The notes beneath the pieces were generated by a model that did not search any database, had not been told where the DNA came from, and was given only the letters and a program-made list of their open reading frames with translations. Made by a program: the position numbers and the translations under genes. A DNA stretch of 64,000 nt, taken from Eledone cirrhosa. Lineage: Eukaryota. Of this stretch, positions 28,768 through 44,276 are shown piece after piece. The first letter of the stretch is position 1; each line of letters starts with the position of its first letter. Where the stretch lies: the NCBI GenBank assembly GCA_964016885.1, contig OZ024742.1, forward strand, positions 218,798,001 through 218,862,000, given 5' to 3'.

Positions 28768-29897
28768 TAATATACATACACACAAACACACGCACACATA
28801 TATATATATATATTTATGTGTGTGTATGTGTAGATACACACACACACATATATATATATATATATGTGTGTGTGTATGTGTAGATACACACACATATATA
28901 CTTACACTTTTCTTATCTGATTTTATCTGTAGATATTTATTTCTGCAAGAATATAACACTTAGAGTTTTAGCAGTCGATATTGATATCAAGCATGGCAGG
29001 TACATAAGTACTCTTAAATGATAAATATATTACAATATTTATATAATATATATTATAATATTTATATAATATGGCATAATATATTAGAATATTTATATAA
29101 TATAATATAATTGTATATAATATAATATTAGAATATTTATATAATATAATATATTATAATATTTATATAATTGTTTCTACTTTAGGCACAAGGCCAGCAA
29201 TTACCCAGTGCATTACTGGTACTTTATTTTATCGACCCCGTAAGGATGAAAGGCAAAGTCAACCTCGGCGGGATTTGAACTCAGATCGTAAAGGGACGTA
29301 ACTATGCTGGAAAGCATGGCGTCCGACCCTCTACCGATACTGCCAATCCACCGCCTTATATATAATATTTATATAATATGGTATAATATATTATATTAGA
29401 ATATTTATATAATATATTATAATATGATATCATATAATCGACAGTCGATCGACTTTCGTCAAATCGGACCGAGGAAACAATGTTTCCGTTGGTCTTTCCA
29501 ATTGCTAATACTCTCTATCGGTCGCAACTCCTGGTAGAAGGAGCAATAAAGTGTCTTGCTCAAGGACATAACACATCGCGCGGTCCAGGAATCGAACTCA
29601 CAACCTCACGATTGCGAATCCAATTCTCTAACCACTCGGCCATGCGCCTTCATATATACTATAATATATTAGAATATTTATATAATATGATGTAATATAA
29701 TATGTTACAATATTTATATGATATGATATAATACAATATATTACAATACAATATATTACAATACTTTATATAAAATAATTGTTTCTACTTTTGGCACAAG
29801 GCCAGCAATTACCCAGTGTATTACTGGTACTTTATTTTATCGACCCCGTAAGGATGAAAGGCAAAGTTAACCTCGGCAGGATATAAAATAATGTAAT
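27797..29897. repeat. ~450-bp inverted duplication of a SINE/AT-rich/SINE composite (arms ~27797-28235 and ~29452-29897)
   Basis: Arms are near-identical reverse complements including the AT-rich linker between two different SINEs. Confidence 0.8.
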
Positions 29898-29919
29898 CCA
29901 ATATCATATAATATATGAC

Positions 29920-30560
29920 AATGCAGAGGAGCAGAGACCGTTGTAGTTCAGGTAGAAGATTCAAAGAAAAGAAACATTGGGTTCGGAGACAGTGTTTAAA
30001 GCGCGTTAGTATGTCCTATCACGTTACATATAAACAGGATGGAAAAAGTTCAGGAAGCTACCATCTCTGTTGAAAACAAAACGTTTTCTCTACGAACGAA
30101 AGACTGGCTGTATGATGCCTGCGTGCGAAATGCGATGTTGCATTGGCGGAAAACACGGGCAGGGAGTACAGAGGATATATGAAGGTTGGAGAGAAGTGAA
30201 GTTAGCATGATTCCATAAATGTGTGGTGCATGAAATATGAAGCATGGATAAACTGAGAGAAAAAAACCTGGGTATAAGAGGAATCAGATGTAGTGTGCAA
30301 GAGAGAAGACTACTGGTATCAAAATGTAATGTGTATGGATGATGATCGTTGGGAAAAGAAGTGCTATGAGTTCCCAGTGGAAGGAAGCTGCAGGAGAGGA
30401 AGACCAAGGAAGATCTAAGCAGAAGTGGTCAGGGTGGATCTCAGAACACTGAACCTCTCAGAGATGACGAAAGAACGCAGCGAACAGAGTGAAGCAATGC
30501 TGGAAAAAACCGTCCGACCCATGCAAATATGGAAATACGGACGTACAAGGATGATGAAGT

Positions 30561-30601
<41 letters not shown>

Positions 30602-30623
30602 GTGGTGGTGATGGTGGTGGTGA

Positions 30624-30657
<34 letters not shown>

Positions 30658-30710
30658 GATGATGATGATGATGATGATGATGCTGGTGATGATGATAATG
30701 ATGATTGCTA
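29920..30710 (+). mobile_element. Decayed RTE-like LINE 3' end with (GAT/GGT)n tail
   Basis: LGIRGIRCSVQERRL and degenerate RGRPRK region followed by trinucleotide tail 30550-30705. Confidence 0.55.
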
Positions 30711-32039
30711 AACTGGAAGAATCTTCTGTCATTAAATGTATTATGATTAATCGAGGTTAACTTTGCCTTTCATCTTTACGGGGTCGATAAAATAAAGTAC
30801 CAGTAATGTACTGGTTAATTGCTGGCCTTGTGCCAAAAGTAGAAACAATTAAATGTATTATGATTATTTTAATAATTCCAAAATACAGCTTTTCTCCAAT
30901 TTTTGTTTTCCAAATCAGGCCTTCCATATTAAATGATTGGTGACGACTGCATCATATTGTTTGATTGTGTATTGATTGTACCTCGAAGTTAACTGAACAG
31001 ACTAAACACTCATTTCTCTATTGAAGTATAATGCCATTGTTCATTGTTCGTGGAGCTGTGTATGACTGGCATGAGAAGTTTAATGTTTTATCTGGATGAC
31101 ATTTGTATGATGATGAGGATATTATCATTTGTACTGGAGTATGGCTGAGACATAACGAAACCCTAACTAGTTGTTAGAGTGGTGGTAAATACAAAGAGAT
31201 AGTGGTCGTTATACTCTGCAATGCTTCCAACTGACGGAGGCGCGTGGCTTAGTGGTTAGAGGGTTGGATTCGCAACTGTGAAGTTGTGAGTTCAATTTTC
31301 GGATCGGGTGATGCGTTATGTCCTTGAGCAAAGCACTTTATTTTACGTTGCTCTTTCTTCCAGGAGTTGCGGCCGGTTGACAGTATCAGCAATGGAAAAA
31401 CCAATGGAAACCTTGTTTCCTTGGTCCGATTTGACGAGGTCCACCCAAATAGGCAAGCGAATGAGATCCATGATTTTGTTGATCGATCAGAGTGAGATGA
31501 TCCAAGAGATGAGAGACGAATGAAGACCATAATCGCCTTCCGTATCTCGAAGATATTTATGCTAGATCGTTCAAAGATTTAAATCTCGTTAAACAAAAGA
31601 TGACAATTGATTTTATCTATTTTTTTTTTTTTTTAGTGCTTTATAAACTTCTGAGCTTCTGGACTTTTGAATTTGACATCATTGTCGACACCTTAACCAT
31701 TGAAGGAATTTTACTGCTTTAAATTGTTAATAATTCTAAAGACCTAAAACCTAGAAATAGCAGCTAAATTACAGTAAATCATACACTACTGTTTTAAAAC
31801 GGAAGGACACACTGGTAATGTGACCTGAGATATAAATAGGATGAGATGGTCGTGGCTGGAACGTTCAATTAGGGCTAACCTATGACTAAACAACAATAAC
31901 TATGATATGTAATTTAATCCGTTGCTCTACCGTTTCGATCAATTTAGTGAAGTTTAACTTTGATACAATCCCACCAAACTGGAAAGAGTGTTTGAAGACT
32001 CTGCCATCACGACCCTCTCAGGAAAAAGAAGAAGAAGAA

Positions 32040-32086
<47 letters not shown>

Positions 32087-32324
32087 AGAAGACGAAGAAG
32101 AAGAAGAAGACTCTGCAAATAAAAAAGGTTAAACAGATCTCGGTTTGATTTGAACTCAGAATATACAAGGAAGAAATATTTGTCTGTGAGTGTGTATTTT
32201 TGTAAGTGTGTCTGTGTTTGTGCGTTTATATTTATATACTCATATATATAAAAGTATGCATATGCACATATACACACGCGACAGCGTGTTGAAAAAAATC
32301 CTGGTTATCTAAAATTCCAATTTT

Positions 32325-32550
32325 GGCAGTGGAGACTTCTGGTGTCCTTGGCTTTAGGGCTACCTCCCTACTCACCACCATAGGAACTGAGCTGACCAGC
32401 CGCAGGTGTGAGCCTCGCGAGATGGAATGGCTCTTCTAGCGCATCTCCCTTACCATCCTCCGAGGAAACGCTTTCTCCATTCTGTCCGCCAGGACGAGAG
32501 AGATGGAAACAATGACAGTGGGATTCGGCTCTTCCACGTTCGGACTATAT
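32325..32550 (+). mobile_element. CRE-like retrotransposon 3' fragment
   Basis: GCAGTGGAGACTTCTGGTGTCC...GAATGGCTCTTC...CGAGGAAACGC, homologous to 11330-11630. Confidence 0.7.
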
Positions 32551-32759
32551 CCTTGTGGTTGTGTTTAGAAATAATTCTATACTAAGAACGTGTGTTGCCT
32601 CTATATATATATATGTGTTGCCTATATATATAATAATAAAAATGTTGCTTTTATCTATTTTTAATGGTGATTCTAAAATCAAATCTACTCACTGCGCTCC
32701 TGTCACCACCATTAGTTGGCAGATACTGATTTTATTATCAGAACACGAAGTATTTTGAA

Positions 32760-33830
32760 AGAGTTAATGTACACATGCTGATTTTACTGTCAGAACACTG
32801 AGTTTTGGAAGAATTGGTTGGCACATGTTGTCTTCACTATCAGAACATGAGGTCAAAAAGTGCAAATCTATTACTGACTTCCTGGCCAGACATCAGCATC
32901 AATATGATAGAGAGAGGGATCATGCTGCTCTTGATAACTAAACAGTTGGACCAGGAACAGTTACAGTTACAGAACGTAATACTTCAAAAGAAAATGATTG
33001 TATGCTGATTAAGCCACTATTGCCAACTGAAACTAATGAAAATGTTTCCACAGCTGGAAAAGTCTTCTTATCACAAATCGTCTTTGGGCTTATTGGTAAG
33101 AGGAATATGTTTGATATTGAATCATTTCTAAAACTTTGCGACTTTAAACTATCAACTGATATTTGCAAGAATAAAGATAATCATTTGTTTCCAAGACATT
33201 TATAATGACTCCTAAAATGCTGAAAATATAAATGAGACAGGTGTTGGAGTGGAGTGAGGCAATCACTAAATGCCTGGTATTTGGAGAGTTTGAGCAACGT
33301 TGTGGCTTAGTTTAGAGAAATTACAAATTTGACGGCAGAATATATGTCTGATTTCCAGAGCATCAAAAATGCTTAAATCACTTTGAATGAATATTGATGC
33401 TAGATATTTGGATTAAAGTCTCACTGATCCATGAAGTTAACTTGGTAATAGATTATCGTGATGCCACATTAGATATAGCGAAAGAAAACATTGGTCAACT
33501 CCGGACATATATCCTGCAACTGGGAGAAGAATGAAATTATATAGTTGAAGAACCACAGTATGTTTGAATGCAAATTGTGTCAGGTATATCCATATGGGTT
33601 AACTATCCCAAAGTGACGCCTAAAATTACTTGAGAGTGAAATATTTCGGTGAGATATTGAAATTAAGATTGAGTAATGGTTTCCAAAATCTTCTCATCGG
33701 GTTGAGCATTTTTGTATCATTGCCAGCAACAGTGGAGCTTAAGTGTCTGAAAACAAATTAAATTGTGCTTTCGGTCCAGAATACCACAATCTCGTTTGAA
33801 TGGATTACACGCTTTGAACATTAACAGTGG
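32760..33830 (+). pseudogene. Highly decayed hAT-type transposase
   Basis: C-terminal dimerisation-domain-like FQNLLIGLSIFVSLPATV...LKCLKT...RSRIPQSRLNGLHALNIN at ~33680-33830; 5' boundary uncertain. Confidence 0.55.
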
Positions 33831-35345
33831 AAAAGTTGCTATTTTGTGTATAATTGGTGAAAATATTTCTGAATGTGAAAAAGTTGAAAAGAATTTCTGA
33901 ATGTAAGGAAGTTAACTGATATGTAACAAAGAATTCTAATCACTATAACAATGGTAAATTTTTCTATGATAGCGATAATGTATTAAATGGTTTTATATTC
34001 CACAAATATGCATTAAAATCGTAAATTTTATGTTTCTGGTACCAATATCGTTACATGATGTTCACAAAGAATGGTCACGCCTGGTAGATTCTCCTTACAT
34101 CGGAGGGCATATCCACCAAAACATGACTAAATAGAGCAATATTTGACAAGGAATAATCAGAAAATAAAGTTTACATTGGTATATTGGTTTTATGTTTTAG
34201 CTTGGTAGAAATTCACACAAAGGTTTTAATTGTTGTAACAATAATACAAATAATACAAATAAAACTAAAAATACTACACAGACTACCACCATCACTATTA
34301 CAAAGATATATATCGAGTCAATGTGGGAGAACGCGCACTGACGGGCAGAACCTCAAACAAATGCCGCCTATGGCCCCCAGCGGACAGAATAGAGAAAGTG
34401 TTACCTCAGATGACAGCAAGGATGGCGCGTTGAAATATCCATTCTAACTCATGGTGCTCACTCTTGCAAGTGACCAACTTCATCCCGATAGCATTGAGTA
34501 GGGAGGTGGTTCAGACGTCTGCACCGCTATAGGATCAACGACAAACATAACGAAAAGCCACCGGTACTACAAGTTTGTCAGGCAACGAAATCTGGGTCTG
34601 TCATCGAATGCACCAGGTTGCCGCTGGAGAAAGTATCGGTGCATGTTGCGTCCATGACAGACTTTGGGCTGGGTGAGAGATGCCTTCTCTAGTGAAAATG
34701 GGTATAGCTTGCATTATGTAAAATCTCCCAATTTTGTCTCATTTCTCCCCGTTTTGGGGCACTTTTTTTCCATGGTTCTTCCCGTTTGGGTTTTGAGAGG
34801 TTGGCAGGTCTGCCGAGATGACGAGCTAACCACCGCGGAACGGGAAAATCATGATGTAATCTGGCCTTTTCGCGTCCAATGGATCTAACCTCAGCGATTT
34901 CAATCTGCGATGGGAAACCAATAGCGTCAATGATCTCGTTGAGAGTGGAAAGCTGTCAACATAATTTATGTCCTACCTTGTCAGGTGGTCTTACAATTTT
35001 CTTTCAGATTTTGCATCATCATGACACATAAATCATTTGTGCCCACTCCAATGGCGCCCATTCTCTGTTCTTCCACTCATTTTAGTAAATTGTCTTCCAA
35101 TCTTCAGACATTTTAGTCACTGAGAGTGCACGAAGATTTAACGGGAAATTGTTGCTAGAAGTTTATGTTTATATAAATTAAACAACCAGGAAGAAGGGAC
35201 TTCAAACATATACCACACAAAGAAAATATATTATATTTACCTCAAGTTACTTGTAATGATTAAGTGTGTGTGTGCGTGTGTCTGTGTGCGTGTGTTATGT
35301 ATGTATGCTTCTATATATACATAAGCATATATATATATATATATC

Positions 35346-35390
<45 letters not shown>

Positions 35391-35443
35391 TATTGTGAGC
35401 GTGAAGCCAACAGTATTTCATAATATATATATATCTTTGCGTA

Positions 35444-35483
<40 letters not shown>

Positions 35484-36364
35484 GGAATACTGTTGGCTTT
35501 TTGCTACAATGTTTTCTATACCTTTCATTTATATATATATATATATTATATACATATATACGCACATGCACACACACGTACATAGAGTTTACATCCATAC
35601 ATATATAAATACACACGCACATATACACACACATATATATATATATACAGCGTGTGTGTGTGTGTGTGTAATTTCCTGGATAGGATTGACATGCGAGATG
35701 CTTCTATTTTCTTCAAGCACATTTATTGGCATTCTCATGTTTCATCTTCTTTCTCATCTGAATTATTTTTAGCCTTATCTAACATTCCTGTGGTGTCGGT
35801 GTTATTGAGGTGGGGAGGGCATATAATAAACTCTGTCAGTGCTGTCTGCCCAGGTTACTACTGTCATAATTACCAACATTTTACTCTTCTTGAGACCAAC
35901 GTATACAGTTAAGCTATTTTATTTTAGAATTGTACGTTAGTATCTTTTTTTTTTTTAAATTACGTTTCTCACTATTTTGTTTTTTATTTAAAATTTATGC
36001 TAGTGAAAATTATATTAAATTATCAACTAAGTGAATTAGAACCAATCTTCTGGCAATACTATACCATTCTCTCTCCCACACACACATACAAACACTAATA
36101 CAGTATTATAAGAAATAATCGTTGCTCAGAGTTTCTGTCTTATTTTATTGTATTAATATATATAAATATATATTAGGTATTAAATTAACAATGAAAATTA
36201 TAACAACAAAGTCGAGTTATTTTACCTATTCATACCATTGTTTTACGATCGTTTCGGAGGGTTGGTCATATTCACATATTGTCTAATCTATAGCAGTTAT
36301 ATAACTGTATACTATCAGACCTCATATATAGGTTCAATCAGACCATCTTCTTCGGACCACACTG

Positions 36365-36411
<47 letters not shown>

Positions 36412-36636
36412 GTGTGTGTGTGAGTGTGTGTGTGTGTGTTGAGCAGACCAACCAGTATATACGTACATATGCTTTGTAATGACGATCGCGAGAATGATCA
36501 CTCAATACCACGGTTAAGAGTCTTGTTACTCTGGAGTTTCTTCTGTGTACTCACATAATTATAATTATTATCATCATCTTAATTTGTTATATTTATACTA
36601 ACTTGAATAAAGAATCATGCCAAAATTGCTTAAAGT

Positions 36637-36756
36637 TCACTCATACGACCGTTTCGTGAAATTCCAGAGCATGATGCTTAAAACCGATTTTAACGATTAG
36701 GCTCAATCAGCAATTATCGACATTAAAACCAAGCAATATCATTTATCAGTAAGTGA
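36637..36756 (-). ncRNA. Degenerate long-stem-II hammerhead (core CTGATAA)
   Basis: TCACTTA-CTGATAA-...-GAAAC-ggtc-GTA-TGAGTGA; paralogous to 37735-37889. Confidence 0.6.
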
Positions 36757-37091
36757 TTAATGTCTCACTCTGCATATTAACTAGTTACATGCAAGACGCT
36801 CAAATAAAACCATATGGTGCTAAATTAACGTTTTACGGAAGGGCAGATATTGCTGGACTGATCATAATAAGTGCTGAAGATAGCAGCAAAAGAGTCCCTC
36901 TATGGCAATTCTATAAATTTAACATTTGGAGCAGTTATACGATAATAAGGTTTAATATATACATATGGATTATATATTGATTATGTTACTCAACAAAAAA
37001 AGCTCAATGAGTATTAAGCTCAGAGCATAATTTATACAAATTTAAACGATATACAATTTTTTTCCGTATATCTAGTTGAGAAACATTATTT

Positions 37092-37670
37092 GGCATGGAT
37101 TGGCAGTATCGGTAGAGGGTCGGGCGCCATGCTTTCCAGCATAGTTACGTCCCTTTACGATCTGAGTTCAAATCCCGCCGAGGTTGACTTTGCCTTTCAT
37201 CCTTACGGGGTCGATAAAATAAAGTACCAGTAATGCACTGGGTAATTGCTGGCCTTGTGCCTAAAGTAGAAACAATTATTTGGCAGTATCGGTAGAGAGT
37301 CGGACACAATGCTTTGAAGCATAGAGTTACGTCCCTTTATGATCTGAGTTCAAATCCCGCCGAGGTTAACTTTGCCTTTCATCCTTACGGAGTCGATAAA
37401 ATAAAGTACCAGTAATGTACTGGGTAATTGCTGGCCTTGTGCCAAAAGTAGAAATAATTATTATATAGAACGACAGTGTGGCGGATTGGCAGTATCGGTA
37501 GAGGGTTGGACGCCGTGCTTTGCAGCAAAGAGTTACAGCCCTTTATGGTCTGAGTTCAAATCCTGGCGAGGTTAACTTTGCCTTTCGTCCTTACGGGGTC
37601 GATAAAATAAAATACCAGTAATACACTGGGATAATTGCTGGCCTTCTGCCAAAAGTAGAAACAATTATTA
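37092..37670 (+). mobile_element. Three tandem copies of the tRNA-derived SINE
   Basis: Units at ~37092-37279, 37280-37461, 37479-37668, each TTGGCAGTATCGGTAGAG...AAAGTAGAAA(C/T)AATT. Confidence 0.9.
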
Positions 37671-37734
37671 TATAGAACGACAAATAATAAATGTACTCAC
37701 TTAAATAAAGTATCATGCAAAAATTGCCTAAAGT

Positions 37735-37889
37735 TCACTTATACGGCCGTTTCATGAAAATACGGCCGTTTCATGAAATTCCAGAACATGATGCTTATAA
37801 CCGATTTTAAATATTGGGCTCAATCAACAATTATCGATCTTAGTAATAAGCGACATTAAGACCAAGGAATATAATTCATCATTAAGTGA
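37735..37889 (-). ncRNA. Degenerate long-stem-II hammerhead (core ATGATGA)
   Basis: TCACTTA-ATGATGA-...-GAAAC-GGCC-GTA-TAAGTGA, perfect 7-bp stem I, palindromic stem III ACGGCCGT; GAAACGGCCGTA segment locally duplicated. Confidence 0.6.
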
Positions 37890-38017
37890 CTAATGTTTTG
37901 TCTATATATATCTCACTCTGATTATGTTGAGTAACATAATCAATATATATGTTATATGTATATTAAACCTACATATACAAATACATGTATATACATATAT
38001 ATATACACACACACACG

Positions 38018-38055
<38 letters not shown>

Positions 38056-38232
38056 GTAATAATAATAAATCTGTTATTTTAATAAATATATATATATATG
38101 CAGAGGTTATATTTAATTTGTTGGGAATCAACAAGCTTAAACATTTTATAACTGATATAAAGCACTCAACGGTTTAGTGGAGTAAATACACAATATATTA
38201 ATAAATGGAAACTATATTTATAAAACCATATT

Positions 38233-38298
38233 TATTTTATTATACATATTTCAAGGGCCACCAAGGCAAACTATGGTGCGCTTTCATCAGATAAAATA
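38233..38298 (-). ncRNA. Hammerhead ribozyme
   Basis: TATTTTAT-CTGATGA-AAGcGCACCA...TGGTGGCcCTT-GAAA-TATGTA-TA-ATAAAATA; 8-bp stem I, AUA site; truncated inverted copy at 38410-38500. Confidence 0.8.
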
Positions 38299-38339
38299 CA
38301 GATTTGTTTTATAAATAAATATTGACATACCCGGAAAAA

Positions 38340-38406
38340 AGACAACCTTAACGGTTGGAGCTTCCTGGATAGTCTATCCAGGAAGCTCCAACCGTTAAGG
38401 TTGTCT
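38340..38406. repeat. Perfect 33-bp-arm palindrome with 1-nt spacer
   Basis: AGACAACCTTAACGGTTGGAGCTTCCTGGATAG-T-CTATCCAGGAAGCTCCAACCGTTAAGGTTGTCT. Confidence 0.95.
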
Positions 38407-38495
38407 CTTGAAAGCGCACCATAGTTTGCCTTGGTGGCCCTTGAAATATGTATAATAAAATAAATATGGTTTTATAAATATAGTTTCATTTATTA

Positions 38496-38895
<400 letters not shown>

Positions 38896-39539
38896 GTTTC
38901 GAAAATGTAAGAGAAACACAAACATAAGGACAATTTCCGCTCTTCGGATGTCTGCTGTGGGTCGCTGATGTTTCGACGCATTAAAGACAGTACATCTCAC
39001 CACAGTGCGTAAAATAACTACAAGGAATAGTCATTAGGGAAGAAAACAACAACAAAAAAACAAAACGAGACAGTAGTACATGTAAGCTGCAGTAACCAAT
39101 GGGAGAGAGGGAGAAGTTAAAAAGGAGACCGAGCGTAAGCCCTGAATCCGTATTAAAAGCACGAGAGAAAGAGAGAGAAGAGAAAAAGGTCTGATCATAG
39201 CGAGAAAAGGCGCAAAGAGGGATAGACGAAGGAAAACTGAAGTTAAAGGGGAGAGGGGGAAGTGGTAAGGGAGCAGAAAGGAGATAGATGGTCACTGCAA
39301 CTTACATGTACTACTGTCTCGTGTTTCCTCCTCTCTATTGGTACGTTTTTCTTCTATTTATTTTCTTTTTCTGTCGTTCTCTTCGCTATTGTCTCTGATT
39401 TTTGTTCTTCCCTAATAATTATTCCTCGTAGTTAGTAACCCACTGTAGTGAGATGTACTGTCTTTAATGCGTCGAAACATCAGCGACCCACAGCAGACAG
39501 CTGAAGAGCCGGAATTTTCCTTATGTTTGTGTTTCTCAT

Positions 39540-39775
39540 GTGGTCCCACGTGCTGGCCACCCCACGGCCCCGGCGGACAGTATGGAGAAGGCGTTTCCCC
39601 GGAGGATGGTAAGGGAGATGCACTGGAAAAGCCATTCCACCTCGCGAGGCTCACACCTGCAGCTGGCTAGCTCAGCGCCTATGATGGTAAGTAGGGAGGT
39701 AGCCCTAGGGACAAGGACACCAGAAGTCTCCACTGCTAGGGTCACGACCGCAAACCTGTCGGAGAGAGACTGTTA
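39540..39775 (-). mobile_element. CRE-like retrotransposon 3' fragment
   Basis: LAVETSGVLVP...PREVEWLFQCISLTILRGNAFSILSA. Confidence 0.7.
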
Positions 39776-39943
39776 TTGAAGAGCGACCAATGTTATCGAA
39801 GGCTTTCTTATAACCAATAAAACCTAAACAAAATGGTTGCCGATATTCTTCATGTTCCTGAATAACGTGGTTCACGAACTATAAATTGTCTGTTCTCTTG
39901 ATTGGTTGAATTCAGAGAGAATACTGGTGCAAATTTGAAGTTA

Positions 39944-39995
<52 letters not shown>

Positions 39996-40005
39996 TATCA
40001 TTGAA

Positions 40006-40069
<64 letters not shown>

Positions 40070-40078
<9 letters not shown>

Positions 40079-41099
40079 TAAACAAATAATGAATAAACAA
40101 TTCCTTATATTAAACAAAAAAAGTTCATTATTTAACGATCGTTTCTAGGATATATATGTGTTAGAATTGGTATGCATATTCAACAGATCTATGTACAAAA
40201 TTATACAAAATTATACAAATTATCAAGATTAAATATACATACCAAACACATATATACGCCGTCTTCAGAAATAATGAAGTATATTTATTGATAATAACAA
40301 CAATTCAAAATTTCAGTTCAAAATTGACCAATGAAAACACAAAGGGTTAAATGCAGTTTGGTGTGTGTATATACATGTAAAACCCTTACACATATTTTAC
40401 AAAAATGTATGTATAATTTGTATACGCATACTAAAAAGATGGATGCAAATACAAAATTTCAAGGTTAATGTCTCTGTAAGCTTACTTTGCGCAGATAAGA
40501 TGCGCATTGATACTTATGAAATCAAGTATATAAATATATTTTTTCATACTCACACATATCAGTACAATCACACATACACGCGCGTATATGCATAAATATA
40601 CACATAACCACGAACATACAAACACACACACACCCCCACTCACATTTATATATGTGGATATAAAATCATAAGCACATGGATATTAATTCACTCACATAAA
40701 ACACTGGTACACACATTTTTAGATCAAGACACAGAAATTAGGTGGGAGGGGGGGAAGGGTCAGTATTCAATTGTCTGAGCAGACTGCCTAATATAAATGT
40801 ATCTATAAATTAAGAAAAATAAAAAAATAAAACAATAAAATATAATAAATATAATATAATATACATACACATACAGATATATACACATACATACATGTAC
40901 ACACACATAGAAATATTTACGCATACACACATACACACATACATATATAGTCATACACACACATACACCTACACGAACATACACATACACATATATAAAG
41001 ATATATATATATACACACACACACGCACGCAACACATACACACATACACATATATATAAAAAAAATAAATAATAAAGATATATACCCATATATATACAT

Positions 41100-41138
<39 letters not shown>

Positions 41139-41213
41139 CATACACATACATCTAAATATACATACGCATACACACACACATACATGTACATACATGTACA
41201 TATACGCACATCG

Positions 41214-41252
<39 letters not shown>

Positions 41253-41523
41253 TAGACATATAGATACATACACACACAACTTACATACACACATATATAT
41301 ATACATGTATATTCATACATAGAATTAGATATATAATCATACATACATATGTACTTACTTATACTCATATATACAAATACATACGCATCCATATATGCGT
41401 ATATACATAAAAAACCGCTACAACCTCACATAAACTCAGACATACAAATAAAAATAATAATAAAAAGGCATATGTATATACATACACACACGCATTAATA
41501 GAGATATACATATACACATACAT

Positions 41524-41562
<39 letters not shown>

Positions 41563-41698
41563 TATATATATATATGTATATACACACACATACACTCATA
41601 CATATATATAAATATATATATATACACATAGATATCCACACACTTATACCACCATAAATACACATACAAACACCCACATATACATATATATACACACG

Positions 41699-41730
<32 letters not shown>

Positions 41731-41849
41731 TAAAAAACAGACATGCACATATATATATATTTTTTTACACTTATATTTATACATATTATATACACATACA
41801 CAACCTCACTTATACACACATACACATAAGTTATATTATAATAATGAAG

Positions 41850-41889
<40 letters not shown>

Positions 41890-41952
41890 TATATACACAT
41901 ACACAACCTCACTTATACACACATACACATAAGTTATATTATAATAATGAAG

Positions 41953-41991
<39 letters not shown>

Positions 41992-42097
41992 TATATATAT
42001 ATATACATACATACATACACACACATACATACATATAAACATATACATACATAAATACACACGTACGAATATAGACATATATTCACACATAGACACC

Positions 42098-42147
<50 letters not shown>

Positions 42148-43293
42148 TACACACATACATATACACAGACACATATACACATTCACATATATATATATAT
42201 ATGTGTGTGTGTGTACACACACATATATACACACACACACACAAATACACATAAACACATACATATGCATACATGCACACACACACACATATATCACATA
42301 GATACGAAGATAAACATATAAATAGAGAGACATACATATATATACAACACACATACACACACATACATACACGCGCATATACATATACATATATTTATAC
42401 ATATATATATTCCTATATATACATACATACACATATATACACATATATACACATACATACACATATACGTATACACATTCACATACACATACATATATAA
42501 TGCATATATACACATATATACATACATATACACACTCATATATACACACGCAATCTTACATTCATATTTGCATGCGCATATATATATTTTTATATTTAGA
42601 TATAAATACCCAAACCTATATAGACACCTACCTACATATATATTCATACATAGACGCTTACAATACAGATGATAATAGTATGGGGGAAAGGGGGGGTTTG
42701 GAGAAGGGGATCAAAGTAAATATATGTTTCAAGAAACATAAAATATTTTCCGTATCTTTATCCAATGTATGTTCTTATATATTTTCAGTGTTAGGAAACA
42801 TAACCAACAAGAACTAAGGCAAAATCTATGCATCTCAAAATAAATAAGTATACCATTAATCATATGTTAACTAAACCAAAAATAGTCAACATATTGACTT
42901 CTAAGGTGTAAATTAGTTAGGTTTATAATATTTGAAGCAGAATTTTGAAGTTAAACAGTAGTAGATTATTAATTACAGTATAATTAAATTAAAGTTAATA
43001 ACGTTATGGTATCAATATTAGGAAATGAATTTAGTAATAGGGAAAAAAAACACAAATAAAAATAAAATAAAGTATTACATCGGTAGTAGAATATAAATTA
43101 TATGTTAACTAAATTAAAAATTATATATTTATTTCAATAGTATATGTTAGTTAGGTATACAATACATAAAGTAGATATTGTATTTCATCAATAGCATAAT
43201 ATAATTATATGCAAATAGAAATCAAAATTAATACGCATACATATACATAAACATACACATACACATACATATACATATATATACACACACATA

Positions 43294-43325
<32 letters not shown>

Positions 43326-44273
43326 CACATATATATATACACATATATACATACATACACATATACATACACAACCACACATACACATACACATATACAT
43401 ATACATATCTTTTTCAAAAAATTGCATAGAATATATTAACTAGGTATATATCCAAAACACATCCCATTCTATGATTACATGACATTCTGCAATTCGTCTG
43501 TATAAGGATACTAATTTTAAGCAAATTAAAATTAAAATTTTAGGTTGATTAAAACTAAAACCAAATAATAAATATATTTCTAAAATGTATATTAATTAGG
43601 TCTATAATACTAAAAATTATTTCTCTGTCATTGGATACACGATATTATTTTGTTATATTTTATCTGTAAAAGAATTATAATAAAAGGTTTAAATAAGTTA
43701 AAATTAATCTATAAATTAAATTACTAAGTATATATTAGTAATATTTAAAGGTTTTTCACAATTTATGATTACATAATATTTTATATTCTCATCTGTAATA
43801 AAATTAAATTTATAGGTTAAATTAATTTCTAAAATAATGTTATTAATTAGGTTTATAATATTTAAATGTTTTTTTTAATTTATGATTACACGATATAATT
43901 AATTCCTGTCGTTTATTTAATAAGATATCCTTAGACTTCATTATTTCAAATAGTTCTTGGGAACATAATCTACATTCATTTCTATTATTTTGATAAGGGG
44001 TGGCTCTTTTGAGCACACTCCAGGTCAAATCATATTTTATATTCTTATTTTTATAACTATTGATTTTTTCTGCTAGAGATGTTGTATTAGCCAGTGCGGC
44101 ATTTTTAAAACTATGCTTGTGGGTATTAAACCTTGTCTTAAAATTGTTAGAGGTAGCTCCTATATATGAGCAAATAGAATCTTTAGTTTTAACATTACAT
44201 TTATAGACTATGTTGTTAACGAGACAATTCCCTTTTAATGGGCAGTTTGCTTTGTTTCTACAGTTACATCCTT
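40070..44273 (-). repeat. Inverted copy of the element's 3' half (= reverse complement of 46634-50844)
   Basis: Junctions read directly; mirror-image ORFs in the track are identical (e.g. 43843..44028 equals the ORF C-terminus; 42097..42549 equals 48358..48810). Confidence 0.97.
40124..40278 (-). ncRNA. Hammerhead ribozyme, inverted copy of 50636-50790
   Basis: Within the inverted arm. Confidence 0.7.
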
Positions 44274-44276
44274 ACA

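Noticed and set aside
30529-30711. Poly-Asp/Gly and poly-Glu (32025-32110) ORFs
   Set aside because: Trinucleotide repeats without splice or coding context
37092-37670. tRNA genes or CRISPR-like array
   Set aside because: Tandem SINEs with tRNA-like heads; no cloverleaf, no unique spacers
43843-44273. Minus-strand ORF identical to the GIY-YIG C-terminus as a separate gene
   Set aside because: It is the truncated inverted copy of the Penelope ORF
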